This document shows, piece by piece, positions 10,263 through 19,074 of a stretch of 64,000 nucleotides of DNA; position 1 is the first letter of the stretch, and every line of letters starts with the position of its first letter. The stretch is taken from contig JBNKTL010000019.1 in the NCBI GenBank assembly GCA_050298055.1, forward strand, positions 23,649 through 87,648, written 5' to 3'. The position numbers and the translations under genes were made by a program. The notes under the pieces are model-generated. The model was not told the DNA's origin, did not search any database, and was given only the letters and a program-made list of their open reading frames with translations. This stretch comes from Spirochaetota bacterium (lineage in GTDB: Bacteria; Spirochaetota; UBA4802; UBA5550).

Positions 10263-10461
10263 ACTTTATTCTTCAAAAGAAATTATAAATATTCTCGAAA
10301 ATAAAGGGTTTATTTTTAAATCTCAAAAAGGAAGTCACTGCAAATATATTAAAGATAATCGTATTGTAATTGTACCGCATCCAAAAAAAGAAATACCCTC
10401 TGGAACATTTTCATCTATTTTGAGACAGTCGGGGCTTAATAAAGAGGATTTTTTAATATAA
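10255..10461 (+). CDS. hicA: HicA-family mRNA interferase toxin
   Basis: GF...QKGSH (catalytic His), VIVPHP-x-x-EIP-x-GT-x-x-SILRQSGL; ATG at 10255 overlaps the hicB stop. Confidence 0.88.
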   Translation: MPKLYSSKEIINILENKGFIFKSQKGSHCKYIKDNRIVIVPHPKKEIPSGTFSSILRQSGLNKEDFLI

Positions 10462-10517
10462 AAACTCAAGTTATTTGAGCCCGTATCAGTTATTTCCATA
10501 AGAAATGTATTGTTAAA

Positions 10518-11627
10518 TCAATAAAACGTGATTTTATTAATAAACGAATAAGGAATCCTTAATAAAATCGGCTGATAGATTGCCGGGTTTATATATATGG
10601 CATAGATATTTTTTTCCGTGGAAAATATCTCCTTCCCGGAGTAGTAGATGTAGAAGATCCGCGTCTTGATCTCCGGGAGTTTATCCGGCAGATAGACTGT
10701 GGCAGGTTGTATCTTTTCCAACCGGGAAAAATCCCGGAAAGCCGCCAGGTTTATCCAGCCGCCGCTCCCGCAGAAAATAACCAGGTACTTTTTCAGGAAC
10801 TCATTGTATGAGAGTGAAGGCTCACCGAATACTTCACCAAAATATCCATGGGCATCCTTCAGTTTCTGTGACCACGAACCGTCTTTTTTCAGGAAGCTGT
10901 AATTTTCTCTCTTTTCTATTCCCGCGGGTCTTACCCGGGCAAAATACCCGTTGACTTTTTTTCCGGAACTCCCATGTCCTATGAGGTAGAGGTATCCATC
11001 TTTTAATATCACAGAGTCCCCGAATACGGGTTCATTTTCCCTGAAGATCCTGCCGATCTTCCTGAAATTCACTCTGTCACCCGGTTTCCATCCTGCGGGA
11101 ATATCCCAGTATGCCAGACCCGTACCAAAAACAGTGAAAGGGAGAACTCCTTTCCTTTTTTGCATTTTGACGATAATATAGTAGAGATAGAGTCGTTCTT
11201 TGATTTTAATTCCGTCAATTGCCCATATTTTGTAATATGCTCCGTCATTTCTCTTTTTCGGATCAATGAAGCTTGTGACTTTGCCTTTTTTCTTTAAGAA
11301 TTTGAATGTAAGATCACCGATCTTTTCATTATCGGGATATTCGGTAAAGGCAAGGGAATTGCTTATCATCCCTTTAAACCGGGCTGAATTTTCAAAGGTC
11401 ATACTCGCGGTCACATCTCCTTTCCACTCCCCGAACAGGGTATCACCGAAGGTCCAGAGAACATATCTTTTGTCTATGGGAACCGGCGTACATCCGTCCT
11501 GCCCGGCAACATCTGCCAGCCGGCTTTTCCCGAAAATACCGAGATTTTCAACCTTTTCCGGTGAAGTACAGGATGCAAGGAACAGGAATGTTAATATTAG
11601 AATTATTTTCTTTTGATTAAAAATCAT
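10518..11627 (-). CDS. Lipoprotein, DUF4185-like (putative beta-propeller glycoside hydrolase)
   Basis: Lipobox FLASC; GQDG, WTFGDT, EPSLSYN motifs. Confidence 0.6.
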   Translation of the reverse strand: MIFNQKKIILILTFLFLASCTSPEKVENLGIFGKSRLADVAGQDGCTPVPIDKRYVLWTFGDTLFGEWKGDVTASMTFENSARFKGMISNSLAFTEYPDNEKIGDLTFKFLKKKGKVTSFIDPKKRNDGAYYKIWAIDGIKIKERLYLYYIIVKMQKRKGVLPFTVFGTGLAYWDIPAGWKPGDRVNFRKIGRIFRENEPVFGDSVILKDGYLYLIGHGSSGKKVNGYFARVRPAGIEKRENYSFLKKDGSWSQKLKDAHGYFGEVFGEPSLSYNEFLKKYLVIFCGSGGWINLAAFRDFSRLEKIQPATVYLPDKLPEIKTRIFYIYYSGKEIFSTEKNIYAIYINPAIYQPILLRIPYSFINKITFY

Positions 11628-11641
11628 CTATGTAACAAAAA

Positions 11642-11710
11642 AGTTACGAGTTTCAAGTTCCGAGTTTTTTGCAGAATTAACATGGAACTTGAAACCAGCA
11701 ACTCGAAACT
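11642..11710. repeat. Inverted pair of heptamer tandem arrays
   Basis: AGTTACG-AGTTTCA-AGTTCCG-AGTTTTT facing AACATGG-AACTTGA-AACCAGC-AACTCGA; perfect 12-bp stem 11650-11661/11684-11695. Confidence 0.75.
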
Positions 11711-11712
11711 AA

Positions 11713-13029
11713 TCAATAATTAACCCTGGCCCCAAGCATTATTTCAACAACAACCCCCTCCGTATCATGGGCAGCAAGAGCATCAAAGGCGCCCCCGGGG
11801 AAGAAAAAGCCCGCGGTAAGAAACAGAGAGAGCGCTTCCCTGTAGATATACTCTGCCCTGAAATCCGCTTCACTTCCCAGCCAGTTACTGGAATTTCCAT
11901 TAAATTCAAATTCCTTTGTTGTCCTGAAATCCAATCCCTTAAAGACCATGGTAACGGAATCGAAGAGGGCATATCGTATTCTCATGCCATATCCGTAGAG
12001 ACCATACCAGCTGGACTCACCGCTCCCTCTGAAAGCAAGCCCCCCCTGGTCATCAACCACAATAAAAGAAAAACCATGAGAAGACTTAATGTCCTGAAAT
12101 GAATTTTTATCAAATGCATTTGACGCATCTCCTGTGGCCCCCTCGGCAACAGCGGATACCTGGAAACTCCCCACCCGGTACCCGGCATCAATCTCCATGA
12201 GGCCTGCGTTTATATCGGTTTTGTTAAACCTGGATGTTGTTCCATTCCAGAGATAAAGCTTTCCCCGGTTATAGATCCCGCCCAGTTTCAGGTGAAATCC
12301 GCCTGCAAGGATCTTATTGTGAAAACCGATCCAGTGAAGTCCTGACTTTCTCTCATCACTGCCACCGGCAACATCCTCATATGAATCCCGCTCATAGACA
12401 TAGTAAATCTCATTGGTCATGGTCGGAATGAATTTTATCTTCATCCCGCCAAAGTAAATATTATCGTCGGAATATTTCGGAGGGTCAGAGTTGTTCCCGA
12501 AGCTGTCGTCAGCATCATCGTAAGCTTTGACAACCGCGGCATAAACATTCAGGCTGTTCTTCATAAATGAATGATCATACTGCGCCCCTGAAGCGTCCCG
12601 GGCAAGGATATACCCTCCGGGAAGACTGAAGGGACGCAGCCCCAGTGAAAATTCTGAACTTTCAGTAGGGTTTATGACCATATAAACATCCCTGGTCACA
12701 AGATTTGTCTCTCCACTCCCTATGGCAAAACCGCCTTTTCCCAATTTTGCGCTAACATCAAAAACCGCCCTGATCTGAACATTGGGAAGGGCCTTAAGAT
12801 AAAACCTGTTTCTGAAAAAGAGATCTTCATAATATGCGTTCTTATAATCATCAGCATAATCGAAGTTATTCCCCACCTGTGATTTGCTTGTAAGGTTCCA
12901 GTGCCTGATACGAAGAAATCCGGAAAGATCAAGGTTTTCAAGGGTGGGATCTATTTCAGCTGAGAACAATTTCGGAACAACAGGTGATAAAATCAGAACA
13001 AAAGCAGCTATGTATATAATTCTCTTCAT
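11713..13029 (-). CDS. Putative outer-membrane beta-barrel protein (alginate-export-like)
   Basis: Signal peptide from ATG 13029 (MKRIIYIAAFVLIL...), alternating amphipathic strands, C-terminal aromatic residue (ARVNY). Confidence 0.6.
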   Translation of the reverse strand: MKRIIYIAAFVLILSPVVPKLFSAEIDPTLENLDLSGFLRIRHWNLTSKSQVGNNFDYADDYKNAYYEDLFFRNRFYLKALPNVQIRAVFDVSAKLGKGGFAIGSGETNLVTRDVYMVINPTESSEFSLGLRPFSLPGGYILARDASGAQYDHSFMKNSLNVYAAVVKAYDDADDSFGNNSDPPKYSDDNIYFGGMKIKFIPTMTNEIYYVYERDSYEDVAGGSDERKSGLHWIGFHNKILAGGFHLKLGGIYNRGKLYLWNGTTSRFNKTDINAGLMEIDAGYRVGSFQVSAVAEGATGDASNAFDKNSFQDIKSSHGFSFIVVDDQGGLAFRGSGESSWYGLYGYGMRIRYALFDSVTMVFKGLDFRTTKEFEFNGNSSNWLGSEADFRAEYIYREALSLFLTAGFFFPGGAFDALAAHDTEGVVVEIMLGARVNY

Positions 13030-13043
13030 AATGTTTTTTACTC

Positions 13044-13868
13044 TTATTTCTGGTCGTATTTTTTCAGCCATTCTTCAATCAGCCCTTCTCTTATTAATTC
13101 TTCAATGAACACATCGACCTGGTTTTTTAAAATTGTGTCCCCAAAGGGAAGGCCCGCGCAGATCTTCTCAACAAGGCTCCCCCCTGTGAGAAGCCTGTAG
13201 GGTGTTCTGTATGACGCGCTGGTGCTGTAAAGATACTGCAGGTAAAGTGAATCGTGAACAAAACCGTGAGCTTTCCCCGATTTCAGCATATTGAGCCCTT
13301 CCTCAGTGGTCTTTACAATGACTTTCGGCATATTGGGCATCTTATTATTGAGGAGGTATTCATAGGTGCTTCCCTTCTTTACGGCAAACCGGAACCTGCT
13401 TATTCTCTTCAGGTCCCAGATTGTCTTGATAGGGCTCTCCTCAAATTCATCTCCAAACCTGGTCTGCGGCAATACTCCTTTAACAACAAGCACTCCGGGG
13501 GAAAGGGTAATATAGGGTTTGGAAAACCAGATATATCTTGCCCGTTGAATATTTCGAGAAAACCCCGCAATGACAATATCCACTTTTCCTTTTCTGAGAG
13601 CGGGAAGAAACTCACCAACTGTCATGGGAACCTTAACAACCCTGACCCCCAGAAATTCACCAAGTTTCTTTGCCATTTCAATTTCCACACCCTTCTTTCC
13701 CGAATGAAAATTCAGTGGCGGATAGTGTGTTGAAATCCCTATCCTGATGACTTTTTTATCCATGATGCTTTTATAAACCTGGCCCGGGTTATAGCTGTCA
13801 GCATTCAGGGAAATACTTATTAGCAGAACGGTTACCGGTAAAAATATTCTCCGCTTTAAAATACGCAT
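13044..13868 (-). CDS. Amino-acid ABC transporter substrate-binding protein (family 3)
   Basis: IRIG-x-x-x-x-YPP, G-x-EIEMA, GKVDIVIAG, FSKPY, VKKGST motifs; start at ATG 13868. Confidence 0.8.
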   Translation of the reverse strand: MRILKRRIFLPVTVLLISISLNADSYNPGQVYKSIMDKKVIRIGISTHYPPLNFHSGKKGVEIEMAKKLGEFLGVRVVKVPMTVGEFLPALRKGKVDIVIAGFSRNIQRARYIWFSKPYITLSPGVLVVKGVLPQTRFGDEFEESPIKTIWDLKRISRFRFAVKKGSTYEYLLNNKMPNMPKVIVKTTEEGLNMLKSGKAHGFVHDSLYLQYLYSTSASYRTPYRLLTGGSLVEKICAGLPFGDTILKNQVDVFIEELIREGLIEEWLKKYDQK

Positions 13869-13981
13869 TTCGACCTCTGTTGAACCTGTATTATGACGTT
13901 GATCGTAACATCGATTCAACATCAAAAAAGTACATTAATCAAGGAAAAAAATGAAATATTATAATAGATGCTACTTAGCTA

Positions 13982-14195
13982 TGTCATAGCGAGCGCAGCG
14001 TGGCTCATCTCGATACGATCCTGCTCACCGGGCAGCCAGGAAACGGCGTGTTGATATGCAGGATCACTCGATGAGCATCAGTTGTGTTCCCCGAGTGATT
14101 TGCCGCTTTATTGATACAGTGCTTTGTGTTTTAAAATACGGCAAATTGTATCGAGGGGAACGGATCATTGCGTCGTTTCGCTTCTCATGATAACA
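13982..14195 (+). other. Structured palindromic element with a four-way-junction core; candidate ncRNA or RPE-like repeat
   Basis: Stems 14009-14018/14146-14155, 14019-14024/14058-14063, 14064-14070/14092-14098 and 14099-14105/14139-14145 abut with no unpaired junction bases; G-U pairs favour the + strand. Confidence 0.55.
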
Positions 14196-14203
14196 GAGTC
14201 TTC

Positions 14204-14235
14204 AACTCGGAATTTGGAACACGAAACCCGGAACT
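14204..14235. repeat. Heptamer tandem array
   Basis: AACTCGG-AATTTGG-AACACGA-AACCCGG-AACT, same unit type as 11679-11710. Confidence 0.7.
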
Positions 14236-17200
14236 CTACTCTATCCTCAACCGGGAAATTTCCACCTTGTAGAGATTATGAGTGTTATTAAGCATCTTCT
14301 TGACGTTCTGGATCAATTCCCTGTCTGTTGATCTCTTCTGGACGTACATTTCAATCTCCTTGAGTTGTTTGCCCAGCTTCAACCCGATATCTTCAAGGTC
14401 ACCGGCGATTGAAATCGAAGAAGTCGCCGTTGTCTTAAGTCTCAGTTTCTTAAGCTCCTGTTCAATCTGAGAATCCTGTTCTTTCTTCTCCTCTTCCTCT
14501 TTAATCTTTTCTTCAATCAGACTATTGGCAATTTCATGGAAATTAATGGGGTTGATAACCTCAAAGTGTTCATATCCTGAAGAGTAACTGGTATAAAGCA
14601 TTTCAGAAACAGGATTTACCGCAAAAGCCTTCTCTACGATGTCAAGGGTATTCCGGTCCAGAATTATCCTGTTATCAAGTATATCACTGTTTGAAGCATC
14701 CATGCTGAAAAAGGGAAGATGAATGATCTCATCATTGAGCAGATCCACTTCACCGGTGATAATCTGCATTTTTGTTTTAATGGATTTATTTACGATCCTT
14801 GACCGGGTAAATGTATTAATATTTTCGTTTATGAGAAGTGACGTTTCTATGGCCGGAATTGTATCGACAAAAATTGCCACAATACCCCGGCTGCTCATTC
14901 TTGATATGATGCCTTTGTTATCAAGTATATCCTGTACCATAAGAGTTTTTATTTTTAAATTCAGGCTGATGAGTTCGGATATGTCAATCTCATCTATATC
15001 CTCCTCATAGCTGATATTGATATTCAGTAATGTGACTTTTCTCTTTTTAAGATTACTGACCTCAATAATTTCCTGTTCGGTTTTTGGTTCAATATCTCCC
15101 AGATCAGGCGCTTCATACTTTCTGAAAATATTAACGATAAAGCTGTCGACCTCCTTCAGATCTTCCTCGGGAAGCATTTCGAGAACTGAGATTATATCGT
15201 CTGTGATACCATACTCCTCTTTCAGCAGTGATACAAGGAAGAATGAAAATTCAACAGACCTCAGGTCCCCGAGAATCGTCAGGATTTCTCTCTGAATGCT
15301 CTTATTCTTGATAATAAGCATATCCCTGATTGACTTGAGAGCTTCCTTGTTCCCCAGTTTTACGAGCAGGAGACATGAATAGACCCTTATCCTGATACCC
15401 GGTTCCTTGAGGTATTCGGAAAGGTGTTTCATCACCGTTCTCTTGTCAAAGTCGTGGCTTATTGTTGCAATTGAACCGATAGCCCGTACAATATGGTCCT
15501 TTGTATCATTGTCAGTAATTGAATAGAAGAGCTCATGAAGGTATTCAATATCTGCCTCCAGGCCGCATTTTCCCACTCCAAGGATACCCAGTCTCAGGAT
15601 ATTCTGGTTCTTTGTTATGCTGATTATCTTTTTTAAAACCTGGTTGGCTGTGGCATTTCCCTCAATATCCCTCTCAATGAGGATATTGATAGCCAGTTCC
15701 ACAATCTCTGATTCTGCAGTAATATTATTATGGATGAATTCAAGGAGGACATTCAGCGACCGTTGTTCCGTGAAAAGGGAAATCAGCTGAAGGGATTTTA
15801 GTTTCTCACTGTCATTTCCTGTTGTAAGCAGGACCTCTATTTCCCCGAGCATATAAGAGTAGTTTAATACGGAAAGTGTATAGATGGCTTTATCTGTAAT
15901 TTCCGGATCGGGATATTTTTTGAGATAGTTATAGATATTAACCAGTGTGGAAGACGCGTCATTGATATAAAGCCTGCTTATTATTTCACACAGGCGTATA
16001 ATCCTGTTCCTGAGATATCTCTTCTCAAAATTAAGGTCCTCTATCCTGGTTGCCGAATTCTCCCGTGATTTATTATCGGTGTCGAAGAATATCTCAATAA
16101 GGTGGTTGAGGACATTTTCGTCATCCCGATCCAGGTGCTTAACATAGTCTCCTAACTCCCTTACAATATTCCTTATTGCTGACGAGTCATCGTGATTTAA
16201 AAAAGTCAGGATCTTCCTCTTGTACTCGGGATTGAGTTTTTCAAGGATAAAAACCCTTATCTTCTGAAAGCTCTCGGGTAAACTCTTTTCAGCTACATCC
16301 GTTATCATGAACTCCTTTCTAAATGTTTCGAAGTAAGTTTCAAGTGTAACAACAATGTAGCTGTAAAGCTTGTCTTTAAGGATATTGTACTGTCTTGAGA
16401 TCCTCTCCTGCGTGAAAAACCTTGTAAAAATAGTTATGATCAACTCATTCTCAACCGGGAATTCGGTTGTAAGAGCAATGAGATTTCTGAACAGCTTATC
16501 CGGGTCCCTGATCCTGTTGATGTTGATGAAAAGAGCGTAAAGTGTCAATATGACAAGCTTCCTGTCACCGGATGTAAGGGCTTTCATAGTATAGATCAGG
16601 TATTCCCTGTGGTTGCAGGAGATCATGGCACAGATAAAAGCGACCTTTGTCTCAACCGAGTATAAATCAAACCTGGATGAGAGCTTGCCAAGGAGCACCC
16701 TGATATCAAGGAGTATTTTATCTTCATCCTCCTCCGAATAGGTAAACAGGGCCGATTCATCAGTACTGTTTTTTATCGCTTCATCTGTGAGTTTTTTATT
16801 CAGGTCATAGATTGACCTGTAAACAGCGTAACAGAGCCTGTCATCTCCTTCCTTAAGAATATTCTCAAATGTGGATGTGGCTTTGAATTTTGAAAGTGAA
16901 AGGATACCCAGTGCCTTTATCTCCATATCAATCTCTTCACCGGAAACAAGGGAAAGCAGGTAATTCAGCACATCCTCTGACTCTCCTGAAGCCGATTTCA
17001 ATGCCTCAAAGGCCGTGGTTAAAACAGGAAGCTCTTCCGGATCATCTTTCTTTGAATCAATATAGTCAATAATATCCTGTACAATTTCCTCATTCCCGTT
17101 GTCCCTGATGTGAGAAAAAATCAGGATCTTTTCTTCACGTGAAAGATCACTCTTTAAAAGGGGTATAAGGGCCTTCATGACCTCAGGTCTCCTGAACTTT

Positions 17201-17391
17201 ACCAGAACAGATATTGCACTGGACCTGATATAAGGTCCCTTATCCAGTTCCTTTAAGAGGATATCCAACCCGGTATCAGATTTGAGAATACCGAGGATCT
17301 TATGAAATGACAGTCTCTCATAGGGTACCAGTTTAAAACTTCTGCTGATTTCAAGCTTTATTGACTGGAGGAAACTTTTTTCTTTTACCAA
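14236..17391 (-). CDS. Large HEAT-repeat protein with degenerate class III nucleotide-cyclase-like domain
   Basis: Many HEAT-like helical repeats; C-terminal region follows the cyclase pattern but lacks the catalytic aspartates; terminal coiled coil. Confidence 0.6.
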   Translation of the reverse strand: MVKEKSFLQSIKLEISRSFKLVPYERLSFHKILGILKSDTGLDILLKELDKGPYIRSSAISVLVKFRRPEVMKALIPLLKSDLSREEKILIFSHIRDNGNEEIVQDIIDYIDSKKDDPEELPVLTTAFEALKSASGESEDVLNYLLSLVSGEEIDMEIKALGILSLSKFKATSTFENILKEGDDRLCYAVYRSIYDLNKKLTDEAIKNSTDESALFTYSEEDEDKILLDIRVLLGKLSSRFDLYSVETKVAFICAMISCNHREYLIYTMKALTSGDRKLVILTLYALFININRIRDPDKLFRNLIALTTEFPVENELIITIFTRFFTQERISRQYNILKDKLYSYIVVTLETYFETFRKEFMITDVAEKSLPESFQKIRVFILEKLNPEYKRKILTFLNHDDSSAIRNIVRELGDYVKHLDRDDENVLNHLIEIFFDTDNKSRENSATRIEDLNFEKRYLRNRIIRLCEIISRLYINDASSTLVNIYNYLKKYPDPEITDKAIYTLSVLNYSYMLGEIEVLLTTGNDSEKLKSLQLISLFTEQRSLNVLLEFIHNNITAESEIVELAINILIERDIEGNATANQVLKKIISITKNQNILRLGILGVGKCGLEADIEYLHELFYSITDNDTKDHIVRAIGSIATISHDFDKRTVMKHLSEYLKEPGIRIRVYSCLLLVKLGNKEALKSIRDMLIIKNKSIQREILTILGDLRSVEFSFFLVSLLKEEYGITDDIISVLEMLPEEDLKEVDSFIVNIFRKYEAPDLGDIEPKTEQEIIEVSNLKKRKVTLLNINISYEEDIDEIDISELISLNLKIKTLMVQDILDNKGIISRMSSRGIVAIFVDTIPAIETSLLINENINTFTRSRIVNKSIKTKMQIITGEVDLLNDEIIHLPFFSMDASNSDILDNRIILDRNTLDIVEKAFAVNPVSEMLYTSYSSGYEHFEVINPINFHEIANSLIEEKIKEEEEKKEQDSQIEQELKKLRLKTTATSSISIAGDLEDIGLKLGKQLKEIEMYVQKRSTDRELIQNVKKMLNNTHNLYKVEISRLRIE

Positions 17392-17594
17392 TTCCGTTTA
17401 CCTGTATTACACATTTGTCTCATATTTTAATATATTTCATTCTATTTCAAGAACAATTCCAAATGAATGGATGAATAAAAGAATCTTCTCTTTAAAATCA
17501 TATAATGATTATTATGCCAGGCTTCAGTAATTAAAAAGATAACTCTTATGGGGTGAAACCCCCTACATTTTACCATTAAATTTATGAAAACAAA

Positions 17595-17624
17595 TTGACG
17601 AGTTGGAGAGAATATTGTTATATT
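17595..17624 (+). promoter_or_regulatory. Putative sigma70 promoter of the LipL46-like gene
   Basis: TTGACG (17595-17600), 18-nt spacer, extended -10 TGTTATATT. Confidence 0.45.
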
Positions 17625-17709
17625 AACATTTTATTCAAAAAGGGGCTATCAGGAACTCTGTAGTTTTCAAGATTGTGTCCCTTAAAAATGTAAATCAGAA
17701 AGAGGTATT

Positions 17710-18939
17710 ATGATGAAGATGAGAAACTCTATTATTGCTGCTGTATTGATTCTCTCCATGGGATTTGTTTCCTGCGGCGGCGGGAAAGCCGTAAAGAAAA
17801 CAACACGTAAGGGACCGTCAAACAGGGGGACAGCGCAGGGTTACGCGACAATTTTTGATAATGATAAATCACTTGCACGAGACAGGGCAACCGATGATGC
17901 CAAATCCAAGCTGGTAAGAAAGGTTCTTGGTGAGACAATAGAAGGACGAAGCATAATGAAGGATTATGAGCTTGTTGCAAATATTGTTGAGGCAAAATCC
18001 GTAGGTCTTGTAAAGGATGTCAATCTCCTGGAATCGAAACAGCAGGGTAACGAGATGTTTGTTACTATTGAGGGGACGGTAGAGCCCGCCGCGGTCAACG
18101 ATGCGATCCAGGCAGCACTGGAAAACTACGGGCGTCCCAAGTTTATGGTGCTGATAAATGAAACATTTGACGGCAAAAGGAACCTTCCCGGCTTCACAGA
18201 GACCGAGACCATCATGCAGGAAGTTATGGGAGATTCCGGTTTCGAGTTTGTTGATGCCGCAATGACGCAGCAGATGATGAAGAGAGAAAGGGCACGGATG
18301 CAGAACGCAATGGCAGGAAGGGTTAACGAGGATGTTCAACAGCTTCTTCTCAATACTGCAGGGGCGGAAGTCCTTATTCTGGGAACTGCCGAAACACGGG
18401 ACCAGTCGGGGGCCATCAGGGCATATGCCAAGAACATGAAATCAAAATCCGCAATTATCAGGATAAAGGCCCTTGACGTCTATACCGGTAGAATTCTTGC
18501 AACTATCAGCAGGAACGCCCCCGGTATCCATATTGAATCGGCAACAGCTTCCAAAAAGGCCATAGAGAACGCCCTGAAGAAAATTCTCGGCAAGAAGAAC
18601 AGGGATACCGGCAAATTTGAAACGGGAAAGTTCATTAACTCAATCGTTGCTAAATTTGTAAAAGCAGCTTCTGCCAGGGAGATCAATGTACTGATCTCCG
18701 GTCTTGATTATAAGGGGCTTACAAAGTTCAGGAACAACGTATCACAGAGGATAAGAGGAGTTTCCAAGGTTATCTCCAAGGGGCAGATTGGAACAGCAGC
18801 CAGGGTGATGATCTACTTTGCGGGAAAAACAAATGACTTTACCGATGAGCTCCTTGCCAAGGCCGGGAACATGGGATTTGAAATTAATATTAAGGAGATC
18901 TTTCCCAATAAGATCGTGATGACGGCAAAATTGCAGTAA
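17710..18939 (+). CDS. Lipoprotein, LipL46-like (FlgT N-terminal-like domain)
   Basis: Lipobox FVSC; ARDRA-x-x-DA and NYGRPKFMVLI segments recalled from leptospiral LipL46; AGAGG RBS. Confidence 0.6.
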   Translation: MMKMRNSIIAAVLILSMGFVSCGGGKAVKKTTRKGPSNRGTAQGYATIFDNDKSLARDRATDDAKSKLVRKVLGETIEGRSIMKDYELVANIVEAKSVGLVKDVNLLESKQQGNEMFVTIEGTVEPAAVNDAIQAALENYGRPKFMVLINETFDGKRNLPGFTETETIMQEVMGDSGFEFVDAAMTQQMMKRERARMQNAMAGRVNEDVQQLLLNTAGAEVLILGTAETRDQSGAIRAYAKNMKSKSAIIRIKALDVYTGRILATISRNAPGIHIESATASKKAIENALKKILGKKNRDTGKFETGKFINSIVAKFVKAASAREINVLISGLDYKGLTKFRNNVSQRIRGVSKVISKGQIGTAARVMIYFAGKTNDFTDELLAKAGNMGFEINIKEIFPNKIVMTAKLQ

Positions 18940-18951
18940 ACACAATCAGTA

Positions 18952-19000
18952 CCCGGTGAATATATTCCTTCTCCTCAGCCGAAGGCGGCGGAAAGGATAT
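18952..19000. repeat. Direct repeat copy 1 flanking the radical SAM gene
   Basis: CCCGGTGAATA-N10-CCTCAGCCGAAGGCGG; near-identical to 20245-20271. Confidence 0.65.
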
Positions 19001-19035
19001 TGATTTCGTCATCATTAACTGATTAATAAAAAAAT

Positions 19036-19074
19036 AAAGGGCTGTTCAATTGAAAAAAGAACAGCCCTTTTTTT
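19036..19074. terminator. Bidirectional rho-independent terminator
   Basis: AAAGGGCTGTTC/GAACAGCCCTTT 12-bp stem with T and A tracts, between convergent genes. Confidence 0.85.

Noticed and set aside
14009..14155. tRNA, SRP RNA, 6S RNA or tmRNA identity for the four-way junction
   Set aside because: No T-loop or CCA end, no SRP domain IV motif, no tag reading frame; size and topology do not fit
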